A program made the position numbers and the translations under genes. Positions 1 to 14,413 of a DNA stretch of 64,000 nt are shown here, piece by piece. The notes under the pieces were generated by a model, which saw only the letters and a list, made by a program, of their open reading frames with translations, was not told where the DNA came from and did not search any database. The stretch is taken from NCBI GenBank assembly GCA_009914755.4, contig CP086569.2:61632001-61696000 (forward strand). Direction: 5' to 3'. Every line of letters starts with the position of its first letter. Within the stretch, counting starts at the first letter, position 1. This DNA is from the human T2T-CHM13v2.0 reference genome, Homo sapiens.

Positions 1-222
1 AAACGGAATGCAAAGGAATGGAATGGAATAGTATGGAATGGAATGGAAAGGAATGGAGTGGAATAGACTAGAGTGGAATGGAATGGACTCAAAAGCAATG
101 GACTGGAATGGAACTTTCTTGAATGGACTGGAATCAAACGGAATGGAATGCAATGCAATCAAATGGCATGGAATAAAATAGAATGAAAGAGAATCAAACG
201 GAATTGAATCGAATGGAATCGA
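1..222 (+). repeat. HSat3 HOR unit U0, partial (3' 222 bp of a unit)
   Basis: Matches the last 222 bp of later units (e.g. 3540-3761). The phase used is arbitrary: units are cut at the anchor 'atggattggaaaggaatagaatgg'. Confidence 0.8.
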
Positions 223-3200
223 ATGGATTGGAAAGGAATAGAATGGAATGGAATGGAATTGACTCAAATGGAATGGACTAGAATGGAATGGATTCGAATG
301 GAAGGCAAAGGAATGGAATCTATTGGAATGGACTGTAATGGAATGGAATGGAAGGGATTGGAATGGACTCGAATGGAATGGACTGCAATAGAAAGGATTC
401 GAATGGAATGAAAAAGAATTGAATGGAATAGAACAGAATGGAATCAAATCGAATGAAATGGAATGGAATAGAAAGGAATGGAATGAAATGGAATGGAAAG
501 GATTCGAATGGAATGCAATCGAATGGAATGGAATCGAACGGAATGGAATAAAATGGAAGAAAACTGGCAAGAAATGGAATCGAAATGAATGGAGTGTTAT
601 GGAACGGACTCAAAAGGAATTGAATGTAATAGAATGGAGTGGAGTGGACTCGAATATAATGGACTGGAATGGAATGAAATCACATGGAATGGGAACGAAT
701 GGAATGGAATGGAAAGGAATGGAATCGAATGGAAAGGAATCGAATGGAAGGGAATGAAATTGAATCAACAGGAATGGAAGGGAATAGAATAGACGGTAAT
801 GGAATGGACTCGAATAGAATGGACACGAATGCTCAAATTGAATGGACTCGAATGGAATGGAAACGAAAGGAATGTCATCGAATGGAATTGAATCGATTGG
901 AATGAAATCGCATAGAATGGAGTGGAATCAAATGGAATTGAATCGAAAGGAAAGGAAGCGAATGGACTGAAATGAAATGGAATGGAATTGAATGGAAAGT
1001 AATGCAATGGAATAGAATGGAACGAAATTTCACGGAATGGAATCAAACTGAATGGAATCAAATCAATGGAATATAATCAAATGGAATGGAAAGGAATTGA
1101 ATGGAGTAGATTGGATTGGATGGGATTGGAATGAAATTTACTGGAAAGGACTCGAATTTCATGAAACGGAAAGGAATGAATTGGAATGGAATGGACTCGA
1201 ATGGAATGGAATGTCATGGAATGGCATCAAACGGAATGGCATCAAATGGGATGGAATCGAATGCAATGGAATGCTATGGAATGGAATGGAATGCATTGGA
1301 ATGGAATGTCCTCTAATGGAATGGATTCGGGTGGAATGGAATCGAATATAACGGAGTCGAATGAAATGGAATTGAAAGGAATGGGATCGAATACAATGGA
1401 ATATACTGGAATGTAACGTAATGAACTCGAATGTAATTGACTGGAATGGAATGTACATGAATGGAATGTAATCGAATGGAAAGTAATCCAATGGAATAGA
1501 ATCTAATGCAATAAAATCGACTGTAATAGAATAGAATGTAATGGAATGGAGTGCAGTGCAATGGAATGGAATGGAATGGAATGCAATGGAATGGAATGGA
1601 ATGCAATGGGATGGAATGGTATGGAATGGATAGTAATGGACTGGAGTGAAATGGACTGGAAAGGAATGGACTCAAATTGAAAGGGCTCGAAAGGAATGGA
1701 GTCAAATGGAATGGTCTGGAATGGAATGAACACGAATGTAATGCAATCCAATAGAATGGAATCGAATGGCATGGAATATAAAGAAATGAAATCGAAGAGA
1801 ATGGAAACAAATGGAATGGAATTGAATGGAATGGAATTGAATGGAATGGGAACGAATGGAGTGAAATTGTATGCAGTAGAAGAGAATAGAATGGAATGCA
1901 AGCGAAAGGAAAGGAATGGATTGGAATGGAATGGAATTCATTGGAATGGAAGGGAATGTAGTGTAATAGACAGGCCTGGAATAAAGTGGAATGCTACGGT
2001 CTCGAATGGAATAAAAATGTATGGAATGGAATGCAATGAAACGGAATCGAATGTCATAGAATGTAATGGAATGCAAAAAAATGGACTCCAAAATCATTGA
2101 CTGGAAAGGCTGGGTGTCGAATGGAATCGACTCCAATGGAATGGAATCGAATGGAATGGAAGTGAATAGAATCGAACTAAATCGAATAGAATGGAATTGA
2201 TAGGAACGGAATGGAAAGGAATGCAATGATTTGGCATGGAATGGAATCGAATGGCATCGAATGGAATGGAATGGAATGCAATGGAATGGAATGTATTAGA
2301 ATGTAATGAACTTTAATGGAATGTACTCGAATGGATTCGACTAGAATGGAATGTTCTGGAAGTGAATGGACTCCAATGGAATGGATTCGAAAGGAATGGA
2401 ATCGTACGGAATGGTATCCAATGGAATGGAATTAAATGGAAATGAATCAAATTGAATAGCACGGAATTGAATTGAATGGAATCGAATGCAATGGAATCTA
2501 ATGAAACGGAAAGGAAAGGAATGGAATGGAATGGAATGGGCTGGAATGGAATGGAATCGAAACGAATGGAATGGAATCGAACTGAAGAGACTGGAATGGA
2601 ATGCACTGGAATGGAAGGGAGTGTAATGGAAGGTTCTCGAAAAAAATGGAATCGAATGGAATGGAATTGAATGGAACGGAATAGAGTCGAATGGAATTGA
2701 ATGGAATGGAATGGACTAGAGTGAAATGGAATCGAACCACAAGGAATGGACAGGAATAGAATGGTCTCGAATTGAATGGAATCGTATGGAATGGCATCAA
2801 ACGGAATGGAATGGACAGCCACGGAATGGAATGCACTCGAATGCAATGGAGTCGAAACTAATGGACTGGAATAGAATGGACTCGACTGGTACGGACTCCA
2901 ATGGAATGGAATCGAATGGAAGGGATTCGAACGGAATGGACTTGAAGGGAAAAGACTGCAATGGAAAGGTCTCGAATGGAAAGGAAATTAATGGAATGGA
3001 ATGGAATCGAATGAAATGGAGTCAAAAGGAATGGAATCGAATGGCAAGAAATCGAATGTAATGGAATCGCAAGGAATTGATGTGAACGTAACGGAATGGA
3101 ATGGAATCCAAAGGAATGGAATAGAATGGAATGGAATCGAATGGAAAGGACTCGAATGGAAATCACTCGAATAGAATGCAATTTAATAAAATAGGATCAA

Positions 3201-3761
3201 ATGTAATGGAATGGAATGGAAAGGAATCGAAACGAAAGGAATGGAGACAGATGGAATGGAATGGAACAGAGAGCAATGGTATAGAATGGAATGGAATCAT
3301 CTGGAATGGAATTGAATGGAATGGAATAACATGAAATGGAATGGAATGGAATGGAATGCCCTTGAATTAAATGGACTGGAATGGAATGGACTCGAACAGA
3401 GTGGAATGGAAAGTGTTGAAATAGAATATAATGGACTCCTTTGGAATGGTCTAGTATGCAATGCAATCGACTGGCAGGGAATCAAAAGGAATGTAATCGA
3501 ATGGATTGGACTGGAATGCAATGGACTCGAATAGATTGGAAACGGAATGCAAAGGAATGGAATGGAATAGTATGGAATGGAATGGAAAGGAATGGAGTGG
3601 AATAGACTAGAGTGGAATGGAATGGACTCAAAAGCAATGGACTGGAATGGAACTTTCTTGAATGGACTGGAATCAAACGGAATGGAATGCAATGCAATCA
3701 AATGGCATGGAATAAAATAGAATGAAAGAGAATCAAACGGAATTGAATCGAATGGAATCGA
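223..3761 (+). repeat. HSat3 HOR unit U1 (3539 bp)
   Basis: Anchor at 223. It is 10 bp shorter than the modal 3549 because a (ggaat)n-gc block near 1,590 is contracted, (ggaat)3 against (ggaat)5 in U3. Confidence 0.8.
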
Positions 3762-6700
3762 ATGGATTGGAAAGGAATAGAATGGAATGGAATGGAATTG
3801 ACTCAAATGGAATGGACTAGAATGGAATGGATTCGAATGGAAGGCAAAGGAATGGAATCTATTGGAATGGACTGTAATGGAATGGAATGGAAGGGATTGG
3901 AATGGACTCGAATGGAATGGACTGCAATAGAAAGGATTCGAACGGAATGAAAAAGAATTGAATGGAATAGAACAGAATGGAATCAAATCGAATGAAATGG
4001 AATGGAATAGAAAGGAATGGAATGAAATGGAATGGAAAGGATTCGAATGGAATGCAATCGAATGGAATGGAATCGAACGGAATGGAATAAAATGGAAGAA
4101 AACTGGCAAGAAATGGAATCGAAATGAATGGAGTGTTATGGAACGGACTCAAAAGGAATTGAATGTAATAGAATGGAGTGGAGTGGACTCGAATATAATG
4201 GACTGGAATGGAATGAAATCACATGGAATGGGAACGAATGGAATGGAATGGAAAGGAATGGAATCAAATGGAAAGGAATCGAATGGAAGGGAATGAAATT
4301 GAATCAACAGGAATGGAAGGGAATAGAATAGACGGTAATGGAATGGACTCGAATAGAATGCACACGAATGCTCAAATTGAATGGACTCGAATGGAATGGA
4401 AACGAAAGGAATGTCATCGAATGGAATTGAATCGATTGGAATGAAATCGCATAGAATGGAGTGGAATCAAATGGAATTGAATCGAAAGGAAAGGAAGCGA
4501 ATGGACTGAAATGAAATGGAATGGAATTGAATGGAAAGTAATGCAATGGAATAGAATGGAACGAAATTTCATGGAATGGAATCAAACTGAATGGAATCAA
4601 ATCAATGGAATATAATCAAATGCAATGGAAAGGAATTGAATGGAGTAGATTGGATTGGATGGGATTGGAATGAAATTTACTGGAAAGGACTCGAATTTCA
4701 TGAAACGGAATGGAATGAATTGGAACGGAATGGACTCGAATGGAATGGAATGTCATGGAATGGCATCAAACGGAATGGCATCAAACGGAATGGCTTCAAA
4801 TGGGATGGAATCGAATGCAATGGAATGCTATGGAATGGAATGGAATGCATTGGAATGGAATGTCCTCTAATGGAATGGATTCGGGTGGAATGGAATCGAA
4901 TATAATGGAGTCGAATGAAATGGAATTGAAAGGAATGGGATCGAATACTATGGAATATACTGGAATGTAACGTAATGAACTCGAATGTAATTGACTGGAA
5001 TGGAATGTACATGAATGGAATGTAATCGAATGGAAAGTAATCCAATGGAATAGAATCTAATGCAATAAAATCGACTGTAATAGAATAGAATGTAATGGAA
5101 TGGAGTGCAGTGCAATGGAATGGAATGGAATGGAATGCAATGGAATGGAATGGAATGGAATGGGATGGAATGGTATGGAATGGATAGTAATGGACTGGAG
5201 TGAAATGGACTGGAATGGAATGGACTCAAATTGAAAGGGCTCGAAAGGAATGGAGTCAAATGGAATGGTCTGGAATGGAATGAACACGAATGTAATGCAA
5301 TCCAATAGAATGGAATCGAATGGCATGGAATATAAAGAAATGGAATCGAAGAGAATGGAAACAAATGGAATGGAATTGAATGGAATGGAATTGAATGGAA
5401 TGGGAACGAATGGAGTGAAATTGTATGCAGTAGAAGAGAATAGAATGGAATGCAAGCGAAAGGAAAGGAATGGATTGGAATGGAATGGAATTCATTGGAA
5501 TGGAAGGGAATGTAGTGTAATGGACAGGCCTGGAATAAAGTGGAATGCTACGGTCTCGAATGGAATAAAAATGTATGGAATGGAATGCAATGAAACGGAA
5601 TCGAATGTCATAGAATGTAATGGAATGCAAAAAAATGGACTCCAAAATCATTGACTGGAAAGGCTGGGTGTCGAAAGGAATGGACTCCAATGGAATGGAA
5701 TCGAATGGAATGGAAGTGAATAGAATCGAACTAAATCGAATGGAATGGAATTGATAGGAACGGAATGGAAAGGAATGCAATGATTTGGCATGGAATGGAA
5801 TCGAATGGCATCGAATGGAATGGAATGGAATGCAATGGAATGGAATGTATTAGAATGTAATGAACTTTAATGGAATGTACTCGAATGGATTCGACTAGAA
5901 TGGAATGTTCTGGAAGTGAATGGACTCCAATGGAATGGATTCGAAAGGAATGGAATCGTACGGAATGGTATCCAATGGAATGGAATTAAATGGAAATGAA
6001 TCAAATTGAATAGCACGGAATTGAATTGAATGGAATCGAATGCAATGGAATCTAATGAAACGGAAAGGAAAGGAATGGAATGGAATGGAATGGGCTGGAA
6101 TGGAATGGAATCGAAACGAATGGAATGGAATCGAACTGAAGAGACTGGAATGGAATGCACTGGAATGGAAGGGAGTGTAATGGAAGGTTCTCGAAAAAAA
6201 TGGAATCGAATGGAATGGAATTGAATGGAACGGAATAGAGTCGAATGGAATTGAATGGAATGGAATGGACTAGAGTGAAATGGAATCGAACCACAAGGAA
6301 TGGACAGGAATAGAATGGTCTCGAATTGAATGGAATCGTATGGAATGGCATCAAACGGAATGGAATGGACAGCCACGGAATGGAATGCACTCGAATGCAA
6401 TGGAGTCGAAACTAATGGACTGGAATAGAATGGACTCGACTGGTACGGACTCCAATGGAATGGAATCGAATGGAAGAGAATCGAACGGAATGGACTCGAA
6501 GGGAAAAGACTGCAATGGAAAGGTCTCGAATGGAATGGAAATTAATGGAATGGAATGGAATCGAATGAAATGGAGTCAAAAGGAATGGAATCGAATGGCA
6601 AGAAATCGAATGTAATGGAATCGCAAGGAATTGATGTGAACGGAACGGAATGGAATGGAATCCAAAGGAATGGAATAGAATGGAATGGAATCGAATGGAA

Positions 6701-7315
6701 AGGACTCGAATGGAAATCACTCGAATAGAATGCAATTTAATAAAATAGGATCAAATGAAATGGAATGGAATGGAAAGGAATCGAAACAAAAGGAATGGAG
6801 ACAGATGGAATGGAATGGAACAGAGTGCAATGGTATAGAATGGAATGGAATCATCTGGAATGGAATCATCTGGAATGGAATAACATGAAATGGAATGGAA
6901 TGGAATGGAATGCCCTTGAATTAAATGGACTGGAATGGAATGGACTCGAACAGAGTGGAATGGAAAGTGTTGAAATAGAATGGAATGGACTCCTTTGGAA
7001 TGGTCTAGTATGCAATGCAATCGACTGGCAGGGAATCAAAAGGAATGTAATCGAATGGATTGGACTGGAATGCAATGGACTCGAATAGATTGGAAACGGA
7101 ATGCAAAGGAATGGAATGGAATAGTATGGAATGGAATGGAAAGGAATGGAGTGGAATAGACTAGAGTGGAATGGAATGGACTCAAAAGCAATGGACTGGA
7201 ATGGAACTTTCTTGAATGGACTGGAATCAAACGGAATGGAATGCAATGCAATCAAATGGCATGGAATAAAATAGAATGAAAGAGAATCAAACGGAATTGA
7301 ATCGAATGGAATCGA
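3762..7315 (+). repeat. HSat3 HOR unit U2 (3554 bp)
   Basis: Anchor at 3762. A +15 bp duplication of 'ggaatggcatcaaac' near 4,780 gives the 104-aa ORF where other units have 99 aa. A -10 bp change near 5,150 loses 'aatggaatgc'. Confidence 0.8.
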
Positions 7316-10300
7316 ATGGATTGGAAAGGAATAGAATGGAATGGAATGGAATTGACTCAAATGGAATGGACTAGAATGGAATGGATTCGAATGGAAGGCA
7401 AAGGAATGGAATCTATTGGAATGGACTGTAATGGAATGGAATGGAAGGGATTGGAATGGACTCGAATGGAATGGACTGCAATAGAAAGGATTCGAATGGA
7501 ATGAAAAAGAATTGAATGGAATAGAACAGAATGGAATCAAATCGAATGAAATGGAATGGAATAGAAAGGAATGGAATGAAATGGAATGGAAAGGATTCGA
7601 ATGGAATGCAATCGAATGGAATGGAATCGAACGGAATGTAATAAAATGGAAGAAAACTGGCAAGAAATGGAATCGAAATGAATGGAGTGTTATGGAACGG
7701 ACTCAAAAGGAATTGAATGTAATAGAATGGAGTGGAGTGGACTCGAATATAATGGACTGGAATGGAATGAAATCACATGGAATGGGAACGAATGGAATGG
7801 AATGGAAAGGAATGGAATCAAATGGAAAGGAATCGAATGGAAGGGAATGAAATTGAATCAACAGGAATGGAAGGGAATAGAATAGAAGGTAATGGAATGG
7901 ACTCGAATAGAATGCACACGAATGCTCAAATTGAATGGACTCGAATGGAATGGAAACGAAAGGAATGTCATCGAATGGAATTGAATCGATTGGAATGAAA
8001 TCGCATAGAATGGAGTGGAATCAAATGGAATTGAATCGAAAGGAAAGGAAGCGAATGGACTGAAATGAAATGGAATGGAATTGAATGGAAAGTAATGCAA
8101 TGGAATAGAATGGAACGAAATTTCACGGAATGGAATCAAACTGAATGGAATCAAATCAATGGAATATAATCAAATGGAATGGAAAGGAATTGAATGGAGT
8201 AGATTGGATTGGATGGGATTGGAATGAAATTTACTGGAAAGGACTCGAATTTCATGAAACGGAATGGAATGAATTGGAACGGAATGGACTCGAATGGAAT
8301 GGAATGTCATGGAATGGCATCAAACGGAATGGCATCAAATGGGATGGAATCGAATGCAATGGAATGCTATGGAATGGAATGGAATGCATTGGAATGGAAT
8401 GTCCTCTAATGGAATGGATTCGGGTGGAATGGAATCGAATATAATGGAGTCGAATGAAATGGAATTGAAAGGAATGGGATCGAATACAATGGAATATACT
8501 GGAATGTAACGTAATGAACTCGAATGTAATTAACTGGAATGGAATGTACATGAACGGAATGTAATCGAATGGAAAGTAATCCAATGGAATAGAATCTAAT
8601 GCAATAAAATTGACTGTAATAGAATAGAATGTAATGGAATGGAGTGCAGTGCAATGGAATGGAATGGAATGGAATGCAATGGAATGGAATGGAATGGAAT
8701 GGAATGCAATGGGATGGAATGGTATGGAATGGATAGTAATGGACTGGAGTGAAATGGACTGGAAAGGAATGGACTCAAATTGAAAGGGCTCGAAAGGAAT
8801 GGAGTCAAATGGAATGGTCTGGAATGGAATGAACACGAATGTAATGCAATCCAATAGAATGGAATCGAATGGCAAGGAATATAAAGAAATGGAATCGAAG
8901 AGAATGGAAACAAATGGAATGGAATTGAATGGAATGGAATTGAATGGAATGGGAACGAATGGAGTGAAATTGTATGCAGTAGAAGAGAATAGAATGGAAT
9001 GCAAGCGAAAGGAAAGGAATGGATTGGAATGGAATGGAATTCATTGGAATGGAAGGGAATGTAGTGTAATGGACAGGCCTGGAATAAAGTGGAATGCTAC
9101 GGTCTCGAATGGAATAAAAATGTGTGGAATGGAATGCAATGAAACGGAATCGAATGTCATAGAATGTAATGGAATGCAAAAAAATGGACTCCAAAATCAT
9201 TGACTGGAAAGGCTGGGTGTCGAAAGGAATTGACTCCAATGGAATGGAATCGAATGGAATGGAAGTGAATAGAATCGAACTAAATCGAATGGAATGGAAT
9301 TGATAGGAACGGAATGGAAAGGAATGCAATGATTTGGCATGGAATGGAATCGAATGGCATCGAATGGAATGGAATGGAATGCAATGGAATGGAATGTATT
9401 AGAATGTAATGAACTTTAATGGAATGTACTCGAATGGATTCGACTGGAATGGAATGTTCTGGAAGTGAATGGACTCCAATGGAATGGATTCGAAAGGAAT
9501 GGAATCGTACGGAATGGTATCCAATGGAATGGAATTAAATGGAAATGAATCAAATTGAATAGCACGGAATTGAATTGAATGGAATCGAATGCAATGGAAT
9601 CTAATGAAACGGAAAGGAAAGGAATGGAATGGAATGGAATGGGCTGGAATGGAATGGAATCGAAACGAATGGAATGGAATCGAACTGAAGAGACTGGAAT
9701 GGAATGCACTGGAATGGAAGGGAGTGTAATGGAAGGTTCTCGAAAAAAATGGAATCGAATGGAATGGAATTGAATGGAACGGAATAGAGTCGAATGGAAT
9801 TGAATGGAATGGAATGGACTAGAGTGAAATGGAATCGAACCACAAGGAATGGACAGGAATAGAATGGTCTCGAATTGAATGGAATCGTATGGAATGGCAT
9901 CAAACGGAATGGAATGGACAGCCACGGAATGGAATGCACTCGAATGCAATGGAGTCGAAACTAATGGACTGGAATAGAATGGACTTGACTGGTACGGACT
10001 CCAATGGAATGGAATCGAATGCAAGGGAATCGAACGGAATGGACTCGAAGGGAAAAGACTGCAATGGAAAGGTCTCGAATGGAATGGAAATTAATGGAAT
10101 GGAATGGAATCGAATGAAATGGAGTCAAAAGGAATGGAATCGAATGGCAAGAAATCGAATGTAATGGAATCGCAAGGAATTGATGTGAACGGAACGGAAT
10201 GGAATGGAATCCAAAGGAATGGAATAGAATGGAATGGAATCGAATGGAAAGGACTCGAATGGAAATCACTCGAATAGAATGCAATTTAATAAAATAGGAT

Positions 10301-10864
10301 CAAATGTAATGGAATGGAATGGAAAGGAATCGAAACGAAAGGAATGGAGACAGATGGAATGGAATGGAACAGAGAGCAATGGTATAGAATGGAATGGAAT
10401 CATCTGGAATGGAATTGAATGGAATGGAATAACATGAAATGGAATGGAATGGAATGGAATGCCCTTGAATTAAATGGACTGGAATGGAATGGACTCGAAC
10501 AGAGTGGAATGGAAAGTGTTGAAATAGAATGGAATGGACTCCTTTGGAATGGTCTAGTATGCAATGCAATCGACTGGCAGGGAATCAAAAGGAATGTAAT
10601 CGAATGGATTGGACTGGAATGCAATGGACTCGAATAGATTGGAAACGGAATGCAAAGGAATGGAATGGAATAGTATGGAATGGAATGGAAAGGAATGGAG
10701 TGGAATAGACTAGAGTGGAATGGAATGGACTCAAAAGCAATGGACTGGAATGGAACTTTCTTGAATGGACTGGAATCAAACGGAATGGAATGCAATGCAA
10801 TCAAATGGCATGGAATAAAATAGAATGAAAGAGAATCAAACGGAATTGAATCGAATGGAATCGA
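7316..10864 (+). repeat. HSat3 HOR unit U3 (3549 bp, modal length)
   Basis: Anchor at 7316. This unit is used as the reference copy for the comparisons here. Confidence 0.8.
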
Positions 10865-13800
10865 ATGGATTGGAAAGGAATAGAATGGAATGGAATGGAA
10901 TTGACTCAAATGGAATGGACTAGAATGGAATGGATTCGAATGGAAGGCAAAGGAATGGAATCTATTGGAATGGACTGTAATGGAATGGAATGGAAGGGAT
11001 TGGAATGGACTCGAATGGAATGGACTGCAATAGAAAGGATTCGAATGGAATGAAAAAGAATTGAATGGAATAGAACACAATGGAATCAAATCGAATGAAA
11101 TGGAATGGAATAGAAAGGAATGGAATGAAATGGAATGGAAAGGATTCGAATGGAATGCAATCGAATGGAATGGAATCGAACGGAATGTAATAAAATGGAA
11201 GAAAACTGGCAAGAAATGGAATCGAAATGAATGGAGTGTTATGGAACGGACTCAAAAGGAATTGAATGTAATAGAATGGAGTGGAGTGGACTCGAATATA
11301 ATGGACTGGAATGGAATGAAATCACATGGAATGGGAACGAATGGAATGGAATGGAAAGGAATGGAATGGAATGGAAAGGAATCGAATGGAAGGGAATGAA
11401 ATTGAATCAACAGGAATGGAAGGGAGTAGAATAGACGGTAATGGAATGGACTCGAATAGAATGCACACGAATGCTCAAATTGAATGGACTCGAATGGAAT
11501 GGAAACGAAAGGAATGTCATCGAATGGAATTGAATCGATTGGAATGAAATCGCATAGAATGCAGTGGAATCAAATGGAATTGAATCGAAAGGAAAGGAAG
11601 CGAATGGACTGAAATGAAATGGAATGGAATTGAATGGAAAGTAATGCAATGGAATAGAATGGAACGAAATTTCACGGAATGGAATCAAACTGAATGGAAT
11701 CAAATCAATGGAATATAATCAAATGGAATGGAAAGGAATTGAATGGAGTAGATTGGATTGGATGGGATTGGAATGAAATTTACTGGAAAGGACTCGAATT
11801 TCATGAAACGGAATGGAATGAATTGGAACGGAATGGACTCGAATGGAATGGAATGTCATGGAATGGCATCAAACGGAATGGCATCAAATGGGATGGAATC
11901 GAATGCAATGGAATGCTATGGAATGGAATGGAATGCATTGGAATGGAATGTCCTCTAATGGAATGGATTCGGGTGGAATGGAATCGAATATAATGGAGTC
12001 GAATGAAATGGAATTGAAAGGAATGGGATCGAATACAATGGAATATACTGGAATGTAACGTAATGAACTCGAATGTAATTAACTGGAATGGAATGTACAT
12101 GAACGGAATGTAATGGAATGGAAAGTAATCCAATGGAATAGAATTTAATGCAATAAAATTGACTGTAATAGAATAGAATGTAATGGAATGGAGTGCAGTG
12201 CAATGGAATGGAATGGAATGGAATGCAATGGAATGGAATGGAATGGAATGGAATGCAATGGGATGGAATGGTATGGAATGGATAGTAATGGACTGGAGTG
12301 AAATGGACTGGAAAGGAATGGACTCAAATTGAAAGGGCTCGAAAGGAATGGAGTCAAATGGAATGGTCTGGAATGGAATGAACACGAATGTAATGCAATC
12401 CAATAGAATGGAATCGAATGGCAAGGAATATAAAGAAATGGAATCGAAGAGAATGGAAACAAATGGAATGGAATTGAATGGAATGGAATTGAATGGAATG
12501 GGAACGAATGGAGTGAAATTGTATGCAGTAGAAGAGAATAGAATGGAATGCAAGCGAAAGGAAAGGAATGGATTGGAATGGAATGGAATTCATTGGAATG
12601 GAAGGGAATGTAGTGTAATGGACAGGCCTGGAATAAACTGGAATGCTACGGTCTCGAATGGAATAAAAATGTATGGAATGGAATGCAATGAAACGGAATC
12701 GAATGTCATAGAATGTAATGGAATGCAAAAAAATGGACTCCAAAATCATTGACTGGAAAGGCTGGGTGTCGAAAGGAATTGACTCCAATGGAATGGAATC
12801 GAATGGAATGGAAGTGAATAGAATCGAACTAAATCGAATGGAATGGAATTGATAGGAACGGAATGGAAAGGAATGCAATGATTTGGCATGGAATGGAATC
12901 GAATGGCATAGAATGGAATGGAATGGAATGCAATGGAATGGAATGTATTAGAATGTAATGAACTTTAATGGAATGTACTCGAATGGATTCGACTGGAATG
13001 GAATGTTCTGGAAGTGAATGGACTCCAATGGAATGGTTTAGAAAGGAATGGAATCGTACGGAATGGTATCCAATGGAATGGAATTAAATGGAAATGAATC
13101 AAATTGAATAGCACGGAATTGAATTGAATGGAATCGAATGCAATGGAATCTAATGAAACGGGAAGGAAAGGAATGGAATGGAATGGAATGGGCTGGAATG
13201 GAATGGAATCGAAACGAATGGAATGGAATCGAACTGAAGAGACTGGAATGGAATGCACTGGAATGGAAGGGAGTGTAATGGAAGGTTCTCGAAAAAAATG
13301 GAATCGAATGGAATGGAATTGAATGGAACGGAATAGAGTCGAATGGAATTGAATGGAATGGAATGGACTAGAGTGAAATGGAATCGAACCACAAGGAATG
13401 GACAGGAATAGAATGGTCTCGAATTGAATGGAATCGTATGGAATGGCATCAAACGGAATGGAATGGACAGCCACGGAATGGAATGCACTCGAATGCAATG
13501 GAGTCGAAACTAATGGACTGGAATAGAATGGACTCGACTGGTACGGACTCCAATGGAATGGAATCGAATGCAAGGGAATCGAACGGAATGGACTCGAAGG
13601 GAAAAGACTGCAATGGAAAGGTCTCGAATGGAATGGAAATTAATGGAATGGAATGGAATCGAATGAAATGGAGTCAAAAGGAATGGAATCGAATGGCAAG
13701 AAATCGAATGTAATGGAATCGCAAGGAATTGATGTGAACGGAACGGAATGGAATGGAATCCAAAGGAATGGAATAGAATGGAATGGAATCGAATGGAAAG

Positions 13801-14413
13801 GACTCGAATGGAAATCACTCGAATAGAATGCAATTTAATAAAATAGGATCAAATGTAATGGAATGGAATGGAAAGGAATCGAAACGAAAGGAATGGAGAC
13901 AGATGGAATGGAATGGAACAGAGAGCAATGGTATAGAATGGAATGGAATCATCTGGAATGGAATTGAATGGAATGGAATAACATGAAATGGAATGGAATG
14001 GAATGGAATGCCCTTGAATTAAATGGACTGGAATGGAATGGACTCGAACAGAGTGGAATGGAAAGTGTTGAAATAGAATGGAATGGACTCCTTTGGAATG
14101 GTCTGGTATGCAATGCAATCGACTGGCAGGGAATCAAAAGGAATGTAATCGAATGGATTGGACTGGAATGCAATGGACTCGAATAGATTGGAAACGGAAT
14201 GCAAAGGAATGGAATGGAATAGTATGGAATGGAATGGAAAGGAATGGAGTGGAATAGACTAGAGTGGAATGGAATGGACTCAAAAGCAATGGACTGGAAT
14301 GGAACATTCTTGAATGGACTGGAATCAAACGGAATGGAATGCAATGCAATCAAATGGCATGGAATAAAATAGAATGAAAGAGAATCAAACGGAATTGAAT
14401 CGAATGGAATCGA
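10865..14413 (+). repeat. HSat3 HOR unit U4 (3549 bp)
   Basis: Anchor at 10865. The first ~700 bp carry the 'b-type' variants (MEWNGKESNGRE, GMERN...GSRIDGNG). The later part shares 'FPFHY...QLITF' variants with U8 and U11. Confidence 0.8.
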